Positions 9,878 to 21,534 of a DNA stretch of 64,000 bases are shown here, piece after piece. This DNA comes from Candidatus Bathyarchaeota archaeon. Lineage in GTDB: Archaea > Thermoproteota > Bathyarchaeia > Bathyarchaeales > Bathycorpusculaceae. Positions within the stretch are counted from its first letter, which is position 1. The number at the start of each line of letters is the position of its first letter. A program made the position numbers and the translations under genes. The notes under the pieces were generated by a model. That model saw nothing but the letters and a program-made list of their open reading frames with translations. It was not told the origin of the DNA and searched no databases. The stretch covers positions 92,152 through 156,151 of the forward strand of contig CAVTZU010000011.1 in assembly GCA_963739305.1 (NCBI GenBank), in the 5' to 3' direction.

Positions 9878-10830
9878 CGCCTTATGAAGTGTTCCAGCTC
9901 CTCGTGTTTCCGGGGCTTATGCTGCTCGTCGTCCTAGCCTTCTTTTACGAATGGATAGACAGGAAGTTCTTTGCGAGACTTCAGAACAGGTATGGCCCAC
10001 TGTACACGGGGCCTCTTGGTCTGTTTCAGCCGGTTGCGGATTTTATTAAACTCCTCGGAAAGGAGGACATCGTGCCGTTGGCTTGCGATAAGCTTGTTTT
10101 CGCCTTGACGCCTATTCTTTATTTCGCGTTGCCTTTGACCGCCCTGTTTGTCGTTCCGATATCCGAGTCGACCGGCCTCATCGCTTTTGAAGGAGATCTT
10201 ATTTTTGTCATGTTCATTTTCACTATGTTGGTCGTGACCGTTTTCTTGGCGGGCTGGAGTTCGGCAAATCGATTCGGCATAATAGGAGGGGTACGGGCGG
10301 CGCTTCAGATGCTGAGCTACGAGATTCCGTTGGGATTGGCAATGGTCGGTCCTGCTATTGCTGCTGGCAGTCTATCGATAAGCGCTATTGCCAATTGGCA
10401 GGCCAGCCATTTGGTTTGGTCGATATTTCTTCAGCCTATCGGTTTCGCGGTGTTGATCATCGGTTTGCTTGCGGAGCTCGAGTTTGTTCCATTTGACATT
10501 CCGGAAGCTGATACTGAAATCGTTGCAGGTTGGCGAACTGAGTTCAGCGGTAGAAAGCTTGCTCTGTTCAAGGTTGGGAGAGACTTAGAGTTGGTTCTCG
10601 CTTCCGCGATTGTGGCAGCGCTATATCTAGGTGGAGCTCAAGTGTTGGGTCCGGTACCCGCTATAGTTAGCTTCTTGATCAAGACCGTGATTGTTGTTCT
10701 TCTTCTCTCGTTCTTAAGGGCGGTTTTTGCGCGTTTCAGAATAGACCAGATGACCGCTGGCATGTGGAAGTACCTGCTTCCTGTCGCGATCTTCCAGATA
10801 GTGCTTATACAGTTCGGGATCGGTAGATGA
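9874..10830 (+). CDS. nuoH: NuoH-like membrane subunit
   Basis: RLQNRYGP, QPVADFIKLLGKE, QMLSYE, PFDIPEA. Confidence 0.92.
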   Translation: MTPYEVFQLLVFPGLMLLVVLAFFYEWIDRKFFARLQNRYGPLYTGPLGLFQPVADFIKLLGKEDIVPLACDKLVFALTPILYFALPLTALFVVPISESTGLIAFEGDLIFVMFIFTMLVVTVFLAGWSSANRFGIIGGVRAALQMLSYEIPLGLAMVGPAIAAGSLSISAIANWQASHLVWSIFLQPIGFAVLIIGLLAELEFVPFDIPEADTEIVAGWRTEFSGRKLALFKVGRDLELVLASAIVAALYLGGAQVLGPVPAIVSFLIKTVIVVLLLSFLRAVFARFRIDQMTAGMWKYLLPVAIFQIVLIQFGIGR

Positions 10831-10834
10831 TAAG

Positions 10835-11191
10835 ATGAGCGTCGTAAGAGAAGCGCTGAGGCAGATCGGTCGAAAACCAGCCACCCGGCAATATCCATTT
10901 GAGAAAGCAAAGGTGCCAAGCGGCTTCAGAGGTCGACCTGTGTGGGATATGAAGAAATGCATAGGCTGCCTTCTATGTCAGAGTACGTGTCCGTCGGGCG
11001 CGATAGAGATAGTTGGAAAAGGGTTGGCGTGTGAGATTAAGTATTATCTGGATCGTTGTATCTTTTGTGCGCAGTGTGCCGAGATTTGTCCTGTGAAGGC
11101 AATTGCGATGAGTGAAGAGTTTGAGCTTGCTGGGTTTGATCGTTCAAAAATGCTTTACTGGTACAAGAGGGAACCTCAACCAAAGCCATAG
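10835..11191 (+). CDS. nuoI: NuoI-like 2x[4Fe-4S] subunit
   Basis: CIGCLLCQSTCP and CIFCAQCAEICP. Confidence 0.92.
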   Translation: MSVVREALRQIGRKPATRQYPFEKAKVPSGFRGRPVWDMKKCIGCLLCQSTCPSGAIEIVGKGLACEIKYYLDRCIFCAQCAEICPVKAIAMSEEFELAGFDRSKMLYWYKREPQPKP

Positions 11192-11408
11192 CAGAGTGAC
11201 GCAGAGATCTGCACAGTCAGCTCACTCGTTCTTCGTGTTAACCTGACCTCTCTATGATAGAACATGGGCATAGCGGCCGAATCGGAAAATCAGGGAAGTC
11301 CTTTTCTTGGAATCATCGTCTTGAAGGATCGTGGTAAACCTATTTTCTCTGGATAAACGTTTATGTCCAGAATGGGAATTAAGGCTTGAAGTCGAGGCGG
11401 AGTTGAAG

Positions 11409-12476
11409 TTGACCAGTAAAGGCGGGCACATCACAATGCTACACGGAGCTGGCGGAACTGTGATGCACAGTCTCGTCAAGAATTACGTCGTGAAATATTT
11501 TGGCGGAGCTAGCAATGCGGAGGTTCCGCTTGAAGCAATGGATGACGCTGCAGTCGTCGATGGCATAGCTCTGAAAACTGACTCACACGTGGTCAAGCCC
11601 ATTTTCTTTCCAGGCGGAGACATCGGTCGTCTAGCAGTGTCGGGCACAGTGAACGATCTTTCATGTGTCGGTGCTGAACCATACGCTCTGGCCTGCGGCT
11701 TCGTGCTGGAAGAAGGTCTAGCTATTGATGATTTCGAGAAAATATTGGCCAGCATGCAAAAGACGTGCAGTGAAGCAGGAGTGAGCATAGTCACGGGAGA
11801 CACAAAGGTCGTGGAGAAGGGCGCCCTTGGTGGCTGCATAATTAACACATCTGGAATCGGGAGGAGAACAAATGCTTTGGATGAGAATTTCAAAGTCGTC
11901 AAAGCCTGCAAACACGGGATCAAGGCACGGTGGACTCTTGACTCGAACCTCGATGTCGGCGACAAGATAATCATATCTGGAACAATCGGAGATCATGGAC
12001 TAGCTGTCTTGTCCGCTCAAGAGGGTCTAAAGTTTGGAAGTGAAATACGGTCCGACGTTAAACCGTTGAATCGCCTCGTACAGCGCTTACTCGGAGAAAC
12101 AGGCGGAATTGTGTCGATAAAAGATCCTACTCGTGGTGGTTTGGCTGATGCACTCAATGAATTCAGTGAAAAATCAAGAGTCGGCATTCTACTATACGAG
12201 GACAAGATTCCGATTAGAAAAGGCGTGCGGGCAGCTTGCGAAATGCTCGGCTTAGACCCTCTTGAAGTTGGCAACGAAGGAAAACTCATTCTAGGCGTGG
12301 TAAAGCAAAAAGCGAACGATCTCTTGAATCTCCTGAGAACAACTGAAGAAGGAAGAGATGCGGAAATCATTGGCGAAACAACAAAGGAGTTCAAAGGAGT
12401 TGCCATGCAAACAGTCGTAGGTGGAAAGAGAATAATCTCCAGACCCATTGGCGACCCAGTGCCCCGAATTTGTTGA
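11409..12476 (+). CDS. hypE: Hydrogenase maturation protein HypE
   Basis: HGAGG, FFPGGDIGRLAVSGTVNDL, GDTKVV, DPTRGG and C-terminal PRIC. Confidence 0.95.
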   Translation: MTSKGGHITMLHGAGGTVMHSLVKNYVVKYFGGASNAEVPLEAMDDAAVVDGIALKTDSHVVKPIFFPGGDIGRLAVSGTVNDLSCVGAEPYALACGFVLEEGLAIDDFEKILASMQKTCSEAGVSIVTGDTKVVEKGALGGCIINTSGIGRRTNALDENFKVVKACKHGIKARWTLDSNLDVGDKIIISGTIGDHGLAVLSAQEGLKFGSEIRSDVKPLNRLVQRLLGETGGIVSIKDPTRGGLADALNEFSEKSRVGILLYEDKIPIRKGVRAACEMLGLDPLEVGNEGKLILGVVKQKANDLLNLLRTTEEGRDAEIIGETTKEFKGVAMQTVVGGKRIISRPIGDPVPRIC

Positions 12477-12488
12477 TTGGAGAATAAC

Positions 12489-15306
12489 ATGTCAAAACCC
12501 TACTGTGCGATGAGCCCTGACGAAGTATTGCAGGCTTTGAATACCAGCGAGACCGGGCTAAGCGAAGCGGAAGCCAAGAAGCGTTTCGCTGAAAACGGAC
12601 CGAACGAACTGCGCAAAGAAAAGCGTGCTTCTCCGATAAAGATGTTCCTTGCACAGTTCACCGATATTCTCATGATTATTCTGTTGATTGCCATCGGTTT
12701 GTCAGTGGCAATCGGCGAGATTACTGACGCAATCGTTATACTCGCCATCGTGTTGGCGACTGCGGTGCTTGGCTTCGTTCAGGAGTTTCGTTCTGGAAAG
12801 GCCGTTGAGGCTTTGAAGAAGATGGTTGCGCCAACTGCAATTGTTATGCGTGATGGCAAAGAAGTAAAGATTCCAGCAGCCGAGATCGTGCCTGGCGACG
12901 TTGTTCTCCTGTACACCGGAGATAAAGTCCCTGCTGACGCACGTCTGCTGAAAGCTATCAACCTCAAAGTGGATGAAGCCTCACTGACCGGCGAGTCTTC
13001 TCCAGCAAAGAAGAGTATTGATGTGTGCGCAGAAGACGCTTCGCTGAACGATCGCCAAGATATGGTTTTTACAGGAACAATCGTTGTTTATGGTCGTGGC
13101 GTGGCGGTTGCCACTTCAACAGGGATGAACACTGAATTTGGGAAAATAGCAAAGATGGTGCAGACAGCCAGGGAAGAGGAGACTCCTCTCGAAAAAAGAA
13201 CCAAGTCCATCGGAAAATGGATCGGCCTGCTGTCTGTAGGTATTTGTTTTGGCGTAGCAATCGTGGGGATCGTTCAGGGGCTCAAGATCGTCGATATGCT
13301 TTTGTGGGGAATCAGCTTAGCAGTGGCAGCTGTTCCCGAAGCATTGCCAGCCATCGTTACAGGCGCCCTTGCGGTAGGCATGTACCGAATGGCCAAGGTC
13401 AGTACCATCGTGAAAAAACTGCCTGCAGTCGAAACATTGGGTTGCGCGAGCGTTATTTGTTCAGACAAGACGGGGACGATGACAAAAGGCGAAATGACTA
13501 TTCAGAGAATATGCTTAGGTGATCAAGTCATAAAAGTCACAGGTGTAGGATATGAACCAGAAGGGCAGTTTCTCGTCGAGGATCGGAAGATTGACCAGAA
13601 GAACGAACAACTCTGCAAGCTTTTGACTGCCGGAGTGCTCTGCAATGACGCAAAGCTAGAAAAGGACACTGCCACGGAAAGATGGGTTGTCAAGGGTGAC
13701 CCAACCGAGGGCGCGCTAATAGTTGCGGCGGCAAAAGCCGACCTTTGGAAAGAGGACTTGGAGAAGCAGAAGCCTCGAATTGCTGAAATTCCGTTTTCGT
13801 CAGAAACAAAGCGCATGACAACAGTGCATATCTCTTCGGACGGCAAAAAAGTGGCTTATATGAAGGGAGCGCCCGAGATAGTTCTCGGTAAGTGCACGAA
13901 GATAATGTCAAATGGAAAGATTGTCAGAATAACTGAAGGCGAACGCGCAGAAATACTCAAGATGAACGAGGTCATGGCGAAGCAAGCCCTGAGGAATTTG
14001 GGACTTGCTTTCAGAGAATTGCCCGAAACCGTGAACACGTTTGATGAGAGTATTGAGAAGGACTTTGTGTTTCTTGGCATTACTGGTATGATTGACCCGC
14101 CCAGAGAAGAAGTCAAGCAAGCAATTGACATCTGCCGAAAGGCAGGAATCAGAGTTGTGATGGTGACGGGTGACCATAGACTTACTGCTGTGGCGGTCGC
14201 CAGAGAACTCAACTTGCTTGGTGAGAACGAAGTTGAGGGCAAAGTACTGACTGGCGAGGACCTGCAAAAGTTGAGTGATGAACAACTCAACAAAATAGTG
14301 CAAAACATCGTCATCTACGCACGTGTTTCTCCTGAGCACAAATTGAGAATCGTGAAGGCTTGGAAAGCCAATGGACAAGTAGTTGCTATGACCGGGGACG
14401 GAGTCAATGATGCTCCCGCACTGAAGGCATCAGACATAGGTGTAGCAATGGGCATAACAGGCACTGAAGTGACTAAAGAAGCTGCAGACATGGTGCTTAC
14501 AGATGATAACTTTGCTTCTATCGTGAAGGCAACTCGAGAGGGCCGCGAAATCTACGACAACATCAAGAAATACCTCACATACCTTATGCGCTGCAACATA
14601 ATGGAGATTCTGGTCATTTTTATCGCGGTGGTCTCTGTTCCCTTTTTGGCGAGAACATACGGCGCGACCGACGCGGCGATTGTGAGCAGCGCAACTGTGG
14701 CATTAACCGCTGCTCAGCTGTTGTGGGTCAACTTAACCACTGACGGTTTGCCTGCGATAGCTTTAGGCATTGATCCGGGTGACCCTGACATAATGGAGAG
14801 AAAGCCGCGAGATCCAAATGAAAGCATCTTCACTCGGGACGTCAAAACCTACCTATCTCTTGTCCCCATATTGATGACGGGATTGCTTCTGTTTGGATAC
14901 TTCTACTATCAACCATGGATGCCCCCAACCTTGAACGCGGCTGGCAAAGTTATATACGACCCATTACTTGAAGCGCGAACACAATTGTTGACTTCCATGG
15001 TTCTCATGGAATTGGCCAACGCATTATCTGCACGATCATTGAAGTATCCATTGTGGAAAGTAGGCGTGTTCAAGAACAAATTTCTCTGGTACGCTATCGG
15101 ATCTTCATTCATCCTTCAGCTCTTCATATCTGTACACACCAGGGATCAACGCAGCCTTCGCTGTGACTGCACCTGAACCTTTGGATTGGGCATTTGCGAT
15201 ATTGTTCACTGCCATAACCTTCACCACGCTAGAGAGCGCAAAGTGGCTTATGAGCAGAAGACGAATGGAGAAAACGGCTCAGAAAGCCTTATATGACCAA
15301 CGCTGA
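12489..15306 (+). CDS. P2A-type (Ca2+-like) cation-transporting P-type ATPase; +1 frameshift near 15129
   Basis: TGES, DKTGT, KGAPE, TGDGVND. The last TM helices continue in another frame ([26 protein letters not shown]...) to TGA at 15304-15306. Confidence 0.88.
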
Positions 15307-15349
15307 GAACATGACTTTTCAAAGTCAAAATAGGAAGGTTCGAAACGAA

Positions 15350-15917
15350 ATGACTGAAAGCAAGCTTGCTAATCCGGCGCCGCTTGGACTATTAGGTTTC
15401 GGGCTAACGACAGTACTTCTGAACCTTGCCAACGCTGGATACTTCGGTGTCAACAGCATGATTCTCGCGATGGGACTGGCGTACGGGGGACTCGCTCAGG
15501 TGATCGCAGGCGCGATGGAATTCAAGAAAGGCAACACATTCGGAATGGTGGCCTTTTCGTCATACGGTCTATTCTGGTGGTCCTTGGTAATTCTGGTCGT
15601 GTTTCCAAGTTTTCACGCCATTTGCAACAGACGCTTCAGGAATGGCAGCATACTTCGTCATGTGGGGCCTATTCACCTTCGCAATGTTCTTCGGCACGCT
15701 AAAGGCAAACAGAGGACTGCAATTCGTGTTTGGTTCTCTTACCATTCTCTTCTTCCTCCTGGCGGCTCACGAACTGACTGGCAACGCGACCCTGCTCACA
15801 ATCACGGGTTACGAAGGTATAATCTGCGGCCTAAGCGCGTTTTACTTGGGTATTGCTCATGTGCTCAACGAAGTTCATGGAAAAAACGTGCTACCGATCG
15901 GTCCAATTATCCTCTGA
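15350..15917 (+). CDS. satP: Acetate uptake transporter (GPR1/FUN34/YaaH); +1 frameshift near 15610
   Basis: [30 protein letters not shown]; the C-terminal half is in ORF 15642-15917. Confidence 0.9.
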
Positions 15918-16005
15918 GCCTACCTTCCCCTTTTTGTTTTCGACCTAAAAAAGTTTATATTGACGTAAGAAGGTCTTTCCACAAAGTTTCATTGAAGGTT
16001 ATAGA

Positions 16006-17946
16006 ATGTCAGAGACAAGCTTACCTTTCAACGAGAAGATCTACCCGGGAAGAATCCTTAAGGACGAATGGGAGAGGTCAATCAAGAACCCGCAAGAGTT
16101 TTGGGCTGAAAAAGCAAAGGCCATCGACTGGTTCAAAACGTGGGACAAAGTATTGGACGATTCGAACAAACCCTTCTACAAATGGTTCTCGGGTGGCATT
16201 CTGAACATAAGCTACAACGCTCTCGACAGGCATTTGAAGACACCAAAGAAGAACATGCTTGCCTACATCTGGGAAGGCGAAGCCGGAGAAGTCCGGACTT
16301 ACACTTACTATCAGCTTTACAGAGAAGTGAACAAACTCGCCAAGATTTTCAAGGACCTGGGGCTCAAGAAAGGAGATCGCGTCGCTGTCTATCTGCCAAT
16401 GATTCCAGAGCTACCGATCACGCTACTTGCATGCTCTCGAATAGGCGCAGTTCATACGGTTGTATTCTCAGGCTTCAGTGCAGAGGCACTTGCAGATCGA
16501 GTTAACGACTGTGGAGCCAAGGTTCTGGTCACAGCTGACGGCGCCTATCGACGTGGAAAAACTGTCACATTGAAGGATACCGCCGATCGCGCACTGCAAA
16601 GTACACCTAACGTTAAGAATGTAGTCGTTGTAAAGCGAACTGGACAGACCGTTCCTATGAAGGACGGTCGAGACATCTGGTACAACGAGGCCATGGGCAA
16701 AGTGGAACCAAATGTTTACGTCGAGCCTGAGCCGATGGAGTCCACTGAGCCGCTGTTCATACTTTACACGTCTGGAACAACTGGGAAGCCTAAAGGAATC
16801 CAGCACGGTACTGGCGGCTTTTTGGTGTGGGGTTACTGGACCCTCAAGTGGGGTTTCAACCCGGATGAAACGGACATTTGGTGGTGTACAGCTGACATTG
16901 GATGGATAACTGGCCATACATACAACGTCTATGCCCCGCTGGCTGTCGGAGTAACTTCGTTTATTTTCGAAGGGACACCCGATTATCCTGCACAAGACAG
17001 GTGGTGGGATATCATCGAACGACAAGGTGTAACGATACTTTACACGACGCCCACAGCGATCAGAATGTTCATGAAATTCGGCGAGCAATGGGTGACAAAG
17101 CACGATTTGAGTTCTCTGAGACTTCTGGGCACAGTCGGTGAGCCGATTAACCCCGAAGCTTGGAAATGGTACTACCGCTTCGTAGGGAAAGAAAGACTCG
17201 CGATCATTGACACCTGGTGGCAGACTGAAACAGGAGGGTTCATGATAGCTCCCCTGTCGGGACTGGAGCTCGTTCCACTAAAACCAGGTTCAGCCACGAA
17301 CCCGTTGCCGAGCGTAAACGCAGAGGTCTATGATGAAAAGGGGCAACAGGCACCTACGGGTACCAAAGGATTTCTCGTGATAAAAACACCTTGGCCTGGA
17401 ATGCTGGAGACAATCTGGAAAGACCCTGAAAGATACAAGCAGACATATTTTGGAAGATGGCCAAACATTTACTACACCGGTGACTACGCGGTTAGGGATC
17501 CTGATGGATACTTCTGGCTTCTCGGAAGAGCAGATGAGGTATTGAAGGTCGCAGGTCACAGAATCGGCACAGTTGAACTCGAAAGCGCCCTCGTTTCGCA
17601 CCCAGCAGTCTCGGAAGCCGCAGTCATGGGCAAAGAAGACGCTCTCAAAGGCGAGGTTCCCGTGGCTTTCGTGACGCTCAGAACCGGTTTCCAACCATCA
17701 GATGAACTTCGCGCTGAACTAGTGAAACACATAAGAAACACCATCGGTCCGATCGCAACACCCGACGCAATTGTGATCGTAAACAGGCTACCGAAAACGC
17801 GCAGCGGAAAGATCATGAGAAGACTGCTGAAAGCAGTGCTATCAGGCGCAGCCTTGGGCGACGTTTCCACTCTGGAAGATGAAGGCTCCGTCGACGACAT
17901 AAAAGCCTCTTACGAGGAAATGCGAAAACAACTGGAAAAGAAGTAA
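16006..17946 (+). CDS. acs: AMP-forming acetyl-CoA synthetase
   Basis: [31 protein letters not shown]. Confidence 0.96.
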   Translation: MSETSLPFNEKIYPGRILKDEWERSIKNPQEFWAEKAKAIDWFKTWDKVLDDSNKPFYKWFSGGILNISYNALDRHLKTPKKNMLAYIWEGEAGEVRTYTYYQLYREVNKLAKIFKDLGLKKGDRVAVYLPMIPELPITLLACSRIGAVHTVVFSGFSAEALADRVNDCGAKVLVTADGAYRRGKTVTLKDTADRALQSTPNVKNVVVVKRTGQTVPMKDGRDIWYNEAMGKVEPNVYVEPEPMESTEPLFILYTSGTTGKPKGIQHGTGGFLVWGYWTLKWGFNPDETDIWWCTADIGWITGHTYNVYAPLAVGVTSFIFEGTPDYPAQDRWWDIIERQGVTILYTTPTAIRMFMKFGEQWVTKHDLSSLRLLGTVGEPINPEAWKWYYRFVGKERLAIIDTWWQTETGGFMIAPLSGLELVPLKPGSATNPLPSVNAEVYDEKGQQAPTGTKGFLVIKTPWPGMLETIWKDPERYKQTYFGRWPNIYYTGDYAVRDPDGYFWLLGRADEVLKVAGHRIGTVELESALVSHPAVSEAAVMGKEDALKGEVPVAFVTLRTGFQPSDELRAELVKHIRNTIGPIATPDAIVIVNRLPKTRSGKIMRRLLKAVLSGAALGDVSTLEDEGSVDDIKASYEEMRKQLEKK

Positions 17947-17951
17947 GCGCT

Positions 17952-17978
17952 GCCTCCTCCTTTCATCACTTTTTCTTT
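17952..17978 (+). terminator. Pyrimidine/U-rich archaeal terminator after acs
   Basis: CCTCCTCCTTTCATCACTTTTTCTTT directly after the stop codon. Confidence 0.5.
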
Positions 17979-18055
17979 AGCAAAGCGAAGTGTGCACCTT
18001 CACGCGTGCACACGCATATATTCTTGAAATTCTGAATCTCAACTAGGTGTGAGTT

Positions 18056-18826
18056 ATGCCGCTTCCGCTCGTTGAACGATCACGAGAAGAAATTGCTGAA
18101 GCCATAAAAAAGAGGGTTCAAACTGTCAATGGGATCAAAGCTGTTAGGCAGCTAGACGTGCGCGTCAGCGGGAAAAGACTGGATGTGAACGTCACCCTTC
18201 TTGTAGATGATAACCTAACGTGGGAGAATGCTCACAGAGTTGCATTGAGTGCCGAGAGAGCAATCATTTCGGAGTATCCCGACGCCAGAGTTGTAGTCAA
18301 CACGGAGCCTTTCGGGATTGGCGAAGAACACCTCTGGGCAATCGTTAGAGACGTTGCTGATGATGTACCTGGTTCAAGGGGTGTTCATAATATTCACGTT
18401 CAAAGAATTGACCACAACCTGTATGTCGATCTGCATTTGGAGGTCAGTGCCAACTTGACCGTGAAACAGGCTCACGAGATTGCCGATCAGGTTGAATCGA
18501 AGATAAAAATGGCTAATTCGAACATTTCGGAGGTCACTGTTCACATCGAATCTGCTTCCGAACGTGTTTCAAGGGAGATGGCTAAAGTTGAGACTGAGTT
18601 GGAGTCATTCGTAGAACACATTGCGCAAAGTTTCCCCGATGTCAAAGACATTTGTAACGTCAAAGTTCGCAGAGTGGGAAACGCCACCCACCTGGTACTT
18701 CGCTGTCGCTTCGACCCAAACCTGAGCATTGAGAAGGCCCACAGAATCTCGAGCAAACTCGAGAGAGAGATCAGAGAGGCTTATCCTGACATCACTCGAA
18801 TAGACATTCATGAAGAGCCAGTTTAG
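18056..18826 (+). CDS. Soluble protein of three tandem CDF C-terminal (ZT_dimer-like) domains
   Basis: Three repeats ending in AH...NTEP, AH...HIES and AH...HEEP; no hydrophobic TM segments. Confidence 0.8.
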   Translation: MPLPLVERSREEIAEAIKKRVQTVNGIKAVRQLDVRVSGKRLDVNVTLLVDDNLTWENAHRVALSAERAIISEYPDARVVVNTEPFGIGEEHLWAIVRDVADDVPGSRGVHNIHVQRIDHNLYVDLHLEVSANLTVKQAHEIADQVESKIKMANSNISEVTVHIESASERVSREMAKVETELESFVEHIAQSFPDVKDICNVKVRRVGNATHLVLRCRFDPNLSIEKAHRISSKLEREIREAYPDITRIDIHEEPV

Positions 18827-18928
18827 AAAAAATCGCCCTGTGAATGGCCGGTCACCCCACAATACCTAAATACCACCGGTAGTGACTTAGTGAGACTCAA
18901 CTACGTCTAGCACGAGGATCATACTTGA

Positions 18929-21520
18929 GGCGGATTCAAGAACACGGCGAAGGAAAAAGACGTCGCATCTCAAAAGGACTGCTGGTCAATTCAAACAGCA
19001 GATGTTTATCAACTAGCTGAAACTACTGATCGGGGCCTTTCTGGACAAGAAGCTGAAAGACGACTCAAAATCTACGGACGCAACGAACTACCAAGACACG
19101 CGTTCAGCACAACTCAGGTTGTTCTAAGACAGTTCAAGAACCCTATTTTCGCAATTCTAATCGCATGTGCAATAATAGCAGGTATCTACGAAGCGCCTGA
19201 ACAGGCCATAATAATACTGTTGATGATCGCCATCAGCGTTGTCCTCGGGTTCTACAACGAATATAAAGCAGAAAGAATCGTCGAAAATCTCCGCCAAAAT
19301 GTGGCCATCAAGGCAGTCGTCACCCGAGATGGCAAATCTTCCCAAATTGACTCGAGACAGCTAGTTCCCGGAGATCTTGTGTCAGTCTACGTGGGGGACA
19401 TCGCGCCGGCGGATATGAGAATCGTGAAGCATAATGACCTTCAGGCCGACGAGGCGACCTTTACAGGTGAATCCTTCCCGGTTGAGAAGACTTCTGAACC
19501 CATCGTAATCGAGCGTCCAACACCTCAACAGCTCACGAACTACCTATTCATGGGAACAGTTGTTGTGCACGGTTCTGGTCAGGGCGTCGTCGTTTCGACG
19601 GGAAAGACCACCCAGTTAGGGGCTATTTCAAGAAGTCTGGTGCGTTCCCATCCAGAAACGGAATTTCAGCGTGGTATTCGCCAGTATGGGACTATGCTCA
19701 TCATGCTGACTCTCGCATTGACAATCGCGATTTTTGGTTTGATGTCTGCTGTTGGCAAGCCGATAATCGATTCTTTGTTGTTTTCTCTGGCAGTTGCCGT
19801 CGGCTTAGTGCCCGAGCTGATGCCTGCCATCGTTACAATTAGTCTCGCGCGAGGCGCTAGCAGGATGGCGAAGGTGAAAGTCGTCGTGAAACGTCTTGTT
19901 TCAATTGAAGACTTCGGCAACATGAGTGTTTTCTGCACTGACAAGACGGGAACGCTGACTGAAGGGAAAGTTGCTCTCAACGACTGCCGTGGTCTGGGTG
20001 ATAAAGAAGACGAAAGAGTGCTACCTTTTTCCATGTTGTGCAACTCAGCGGTTGTGGGAGATACCGTCGTCGGCAACCCTATGGACGCAGCGATCTGGGA
20101 GTACGCTATCAAGGCCGGTGTGCAAGATAGCGTTAAGTCTTACACAAAAATCCACGAGATACCTTTCGACTATCAACGTCGGATAATGTCAGTCATCGTG
20201 AAAGAAGGCGACGACTATCTCTTGATCAGCAAAGGAGCTCCTGAATCGATTTTCTCCCGATGCCAATACGCAGATATTAGCGGAGAAACAAAACCGATAA
20301 GCTCAGTTAAGGAAGCTATTGACGATAAGTTTTTCAGACTGTCAGAGCTGGGTTATCGAATTCTAGCGGTAGGAAGCCGACAGATAGAATACAGGTCTTC
20401 CTATTCTGTCGAGGATGAAAAGGACTTGACTCTGCTGGGTTTTCTGATATTCACTGACCCGCCTAAGAAAGACGCTCATGAAGCCATTGAAAGACTCAAG
20501 CAGATGGGCGTTGAAGTGAAGATTTTGACCGGAGACAACGAGCTCGTTGCCAAAACAGTTTGCGACGAACTGAAAGTGCCTGTCAAAAAGATTATCGTCG
20601 GGTCAGACCTCACACTGATGAGTTGGACGGAAGTCAAAGAAGCAGTTGAAGAAACTACGATCTTTGCGCGGATAACGCCTGAGCAGAAGCTCGACGTAAT
20701 CAAAGCGTTGAAGGAAAATGGTCACGTGGTCGGGTTTGGAGGAGACGGAGTGAACGATGCTCCCGCACTCTACGAGGCAGATGTAGGCGTATCCATGGAC
20801 ACAGGAGTTGACGTTGCAAAAGAAGCTGCAGACATCGTTTTGTTGGAGAAGGATTTGCTGGTCATGGCTGATGGAATAGGCGAAGGTCGCAGGATCTTCG
20901 GGAATACCATCAAGTACGTTTTGATGGGGACAAGCTCTAACTTTGGTAACATGTTCAGCGTTGCCGCGGCAGCGGTGTTTTTGCCCTTCCTTCCCATGTT
21001 ACCGATTCAAATTCTTTTCATGAACTTGCTTTATGACGTCGCCAACATGACATTGCCCACAGATAATGTGGATGAAGAGTACATCAAGTCGCCGAGGCAT
21101 TGGGACATAGGTTTCGTGAGGAAATATACCTTGTTTTTCGGTCCATTCAGTTCGTTATATGATTTCCTTACTTTTGGTATAATGCTCTTTATTTTCAATG
21201 CCGCGGCGGGCGCTGGAAATCCGGCGCTGTTCCAAAGCGGTTGGTTTGTTGAGTCTTTCTGGACTGAAGTTCTCGTGATGTTCGTTATTAGAACGAGGCG
21301 CATTCCTTTCTGGTCGAGTCGCCCAGGCAAATGGCTTTTAGTGCTGACTCTTTCTTGCGTGGCTTTTGGAACGATTCTTCCTTTCACTCTGATTGGTGGC
21401 TTTTTAGGGTTCACCGCTCTTCCGCCCAACTACTGGGCGCTCTTGATACTTATGGTTGCTACTTATTTGGTGCTGGTAGATGCAGGGAAGGTGTTCTTCT
21501 ATAAGATATGTGGGTTTTGA
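18929..21520 (+). CDS. mgtA: Magnesium-translocating P-type ATPase
   Basis: PELMPAIVT, DKTGTLT, SSNFGNMFS, NLLYD, FQSGWFVES. The frame is open upstream of the tracked start (GLSGQEAERRLKIYGRNEL) back to a stop at 18926; the true start is uncertain. Confidence 0.9.
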   Translation, partial: GGFKNTAKEKDVASQKDCWSIQTADVYQLAETTDRGLSGQEAERRLKIYGRNELPRHAFSTTQVVLRQFKNPIFAILIACAIIAGIYEAPEQAIIILLMIAISVVLGFYNEYKAERIVENLRQNVAIKAVVTRDGKSSQIDSRQLVPGDLVSVYVGDIAPADMRIVKHNDLQADEATFTGESFPVEKTSEPIVIERPTPQQLTNYLFMGTVVVHGSGQGVVVSTGKTTQLGAISRSLVRSHPETEFQRGIRQYGTMLIMLTLALTIAIFGLMSAVGKPIIDSLLFSLAVAVGLVPELMPAIVTISLARGASRMAKVKVVVKRLVSIEDFGNMSVFCTDKTGTLTEGKVALNDCRGLGDKEDERVLPFSMLCNSAVVGDTVVGNPMDAAIWEYAIKAGVQDSVKSYTKIHEIPFDYQRRIMSVIVKEGDDYLLISKGAPESIFSRCQYADISGETKPISSVKEAIDDKFFRLSELGYRILAVGSRQIEYRSSYSVEDEKDLTLLGFLIFTDPPKKDAHEAIERLKQMGVEVKILTGDNELVAKTVCDELKVPVKKIIVGSDLTLMSWTEVKEAVEETTIFARITPEQKLDVIKALKENGHVVGFGGDGVNDAPALYEADVGVSMDTGVDVAKEAADIVLLEKDLLVMADGIGEGRRIFGNTIKYVLMGTSSNFGNMFSVAAAAVFLPFLPMLPIQILFMNLLYDVANMTLPTDNVDEEYIKSPRHWDIGFVRKYTLFFGPFSSLYDFLTFGIMLFIFNAAAGAGNPALFQSGWFVESFWTEVLVMFVIRTRRIPFWSSRPGKWLLVLTLSCVAFGTILPFTLIGGFLGFTALPPNYWALLILMVATYLVLVDAGKVFFYKICGF

Positions 21521-21534
21521 GGAGGCTGATATGC

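Noticed and set aside
15600-15620. Programmed frameshift or phase variation in satP and other split genes
   Set aside because: Homopolymers are 4 nt or shorter, or absent, and the sites share no context; assembly error is simpler.
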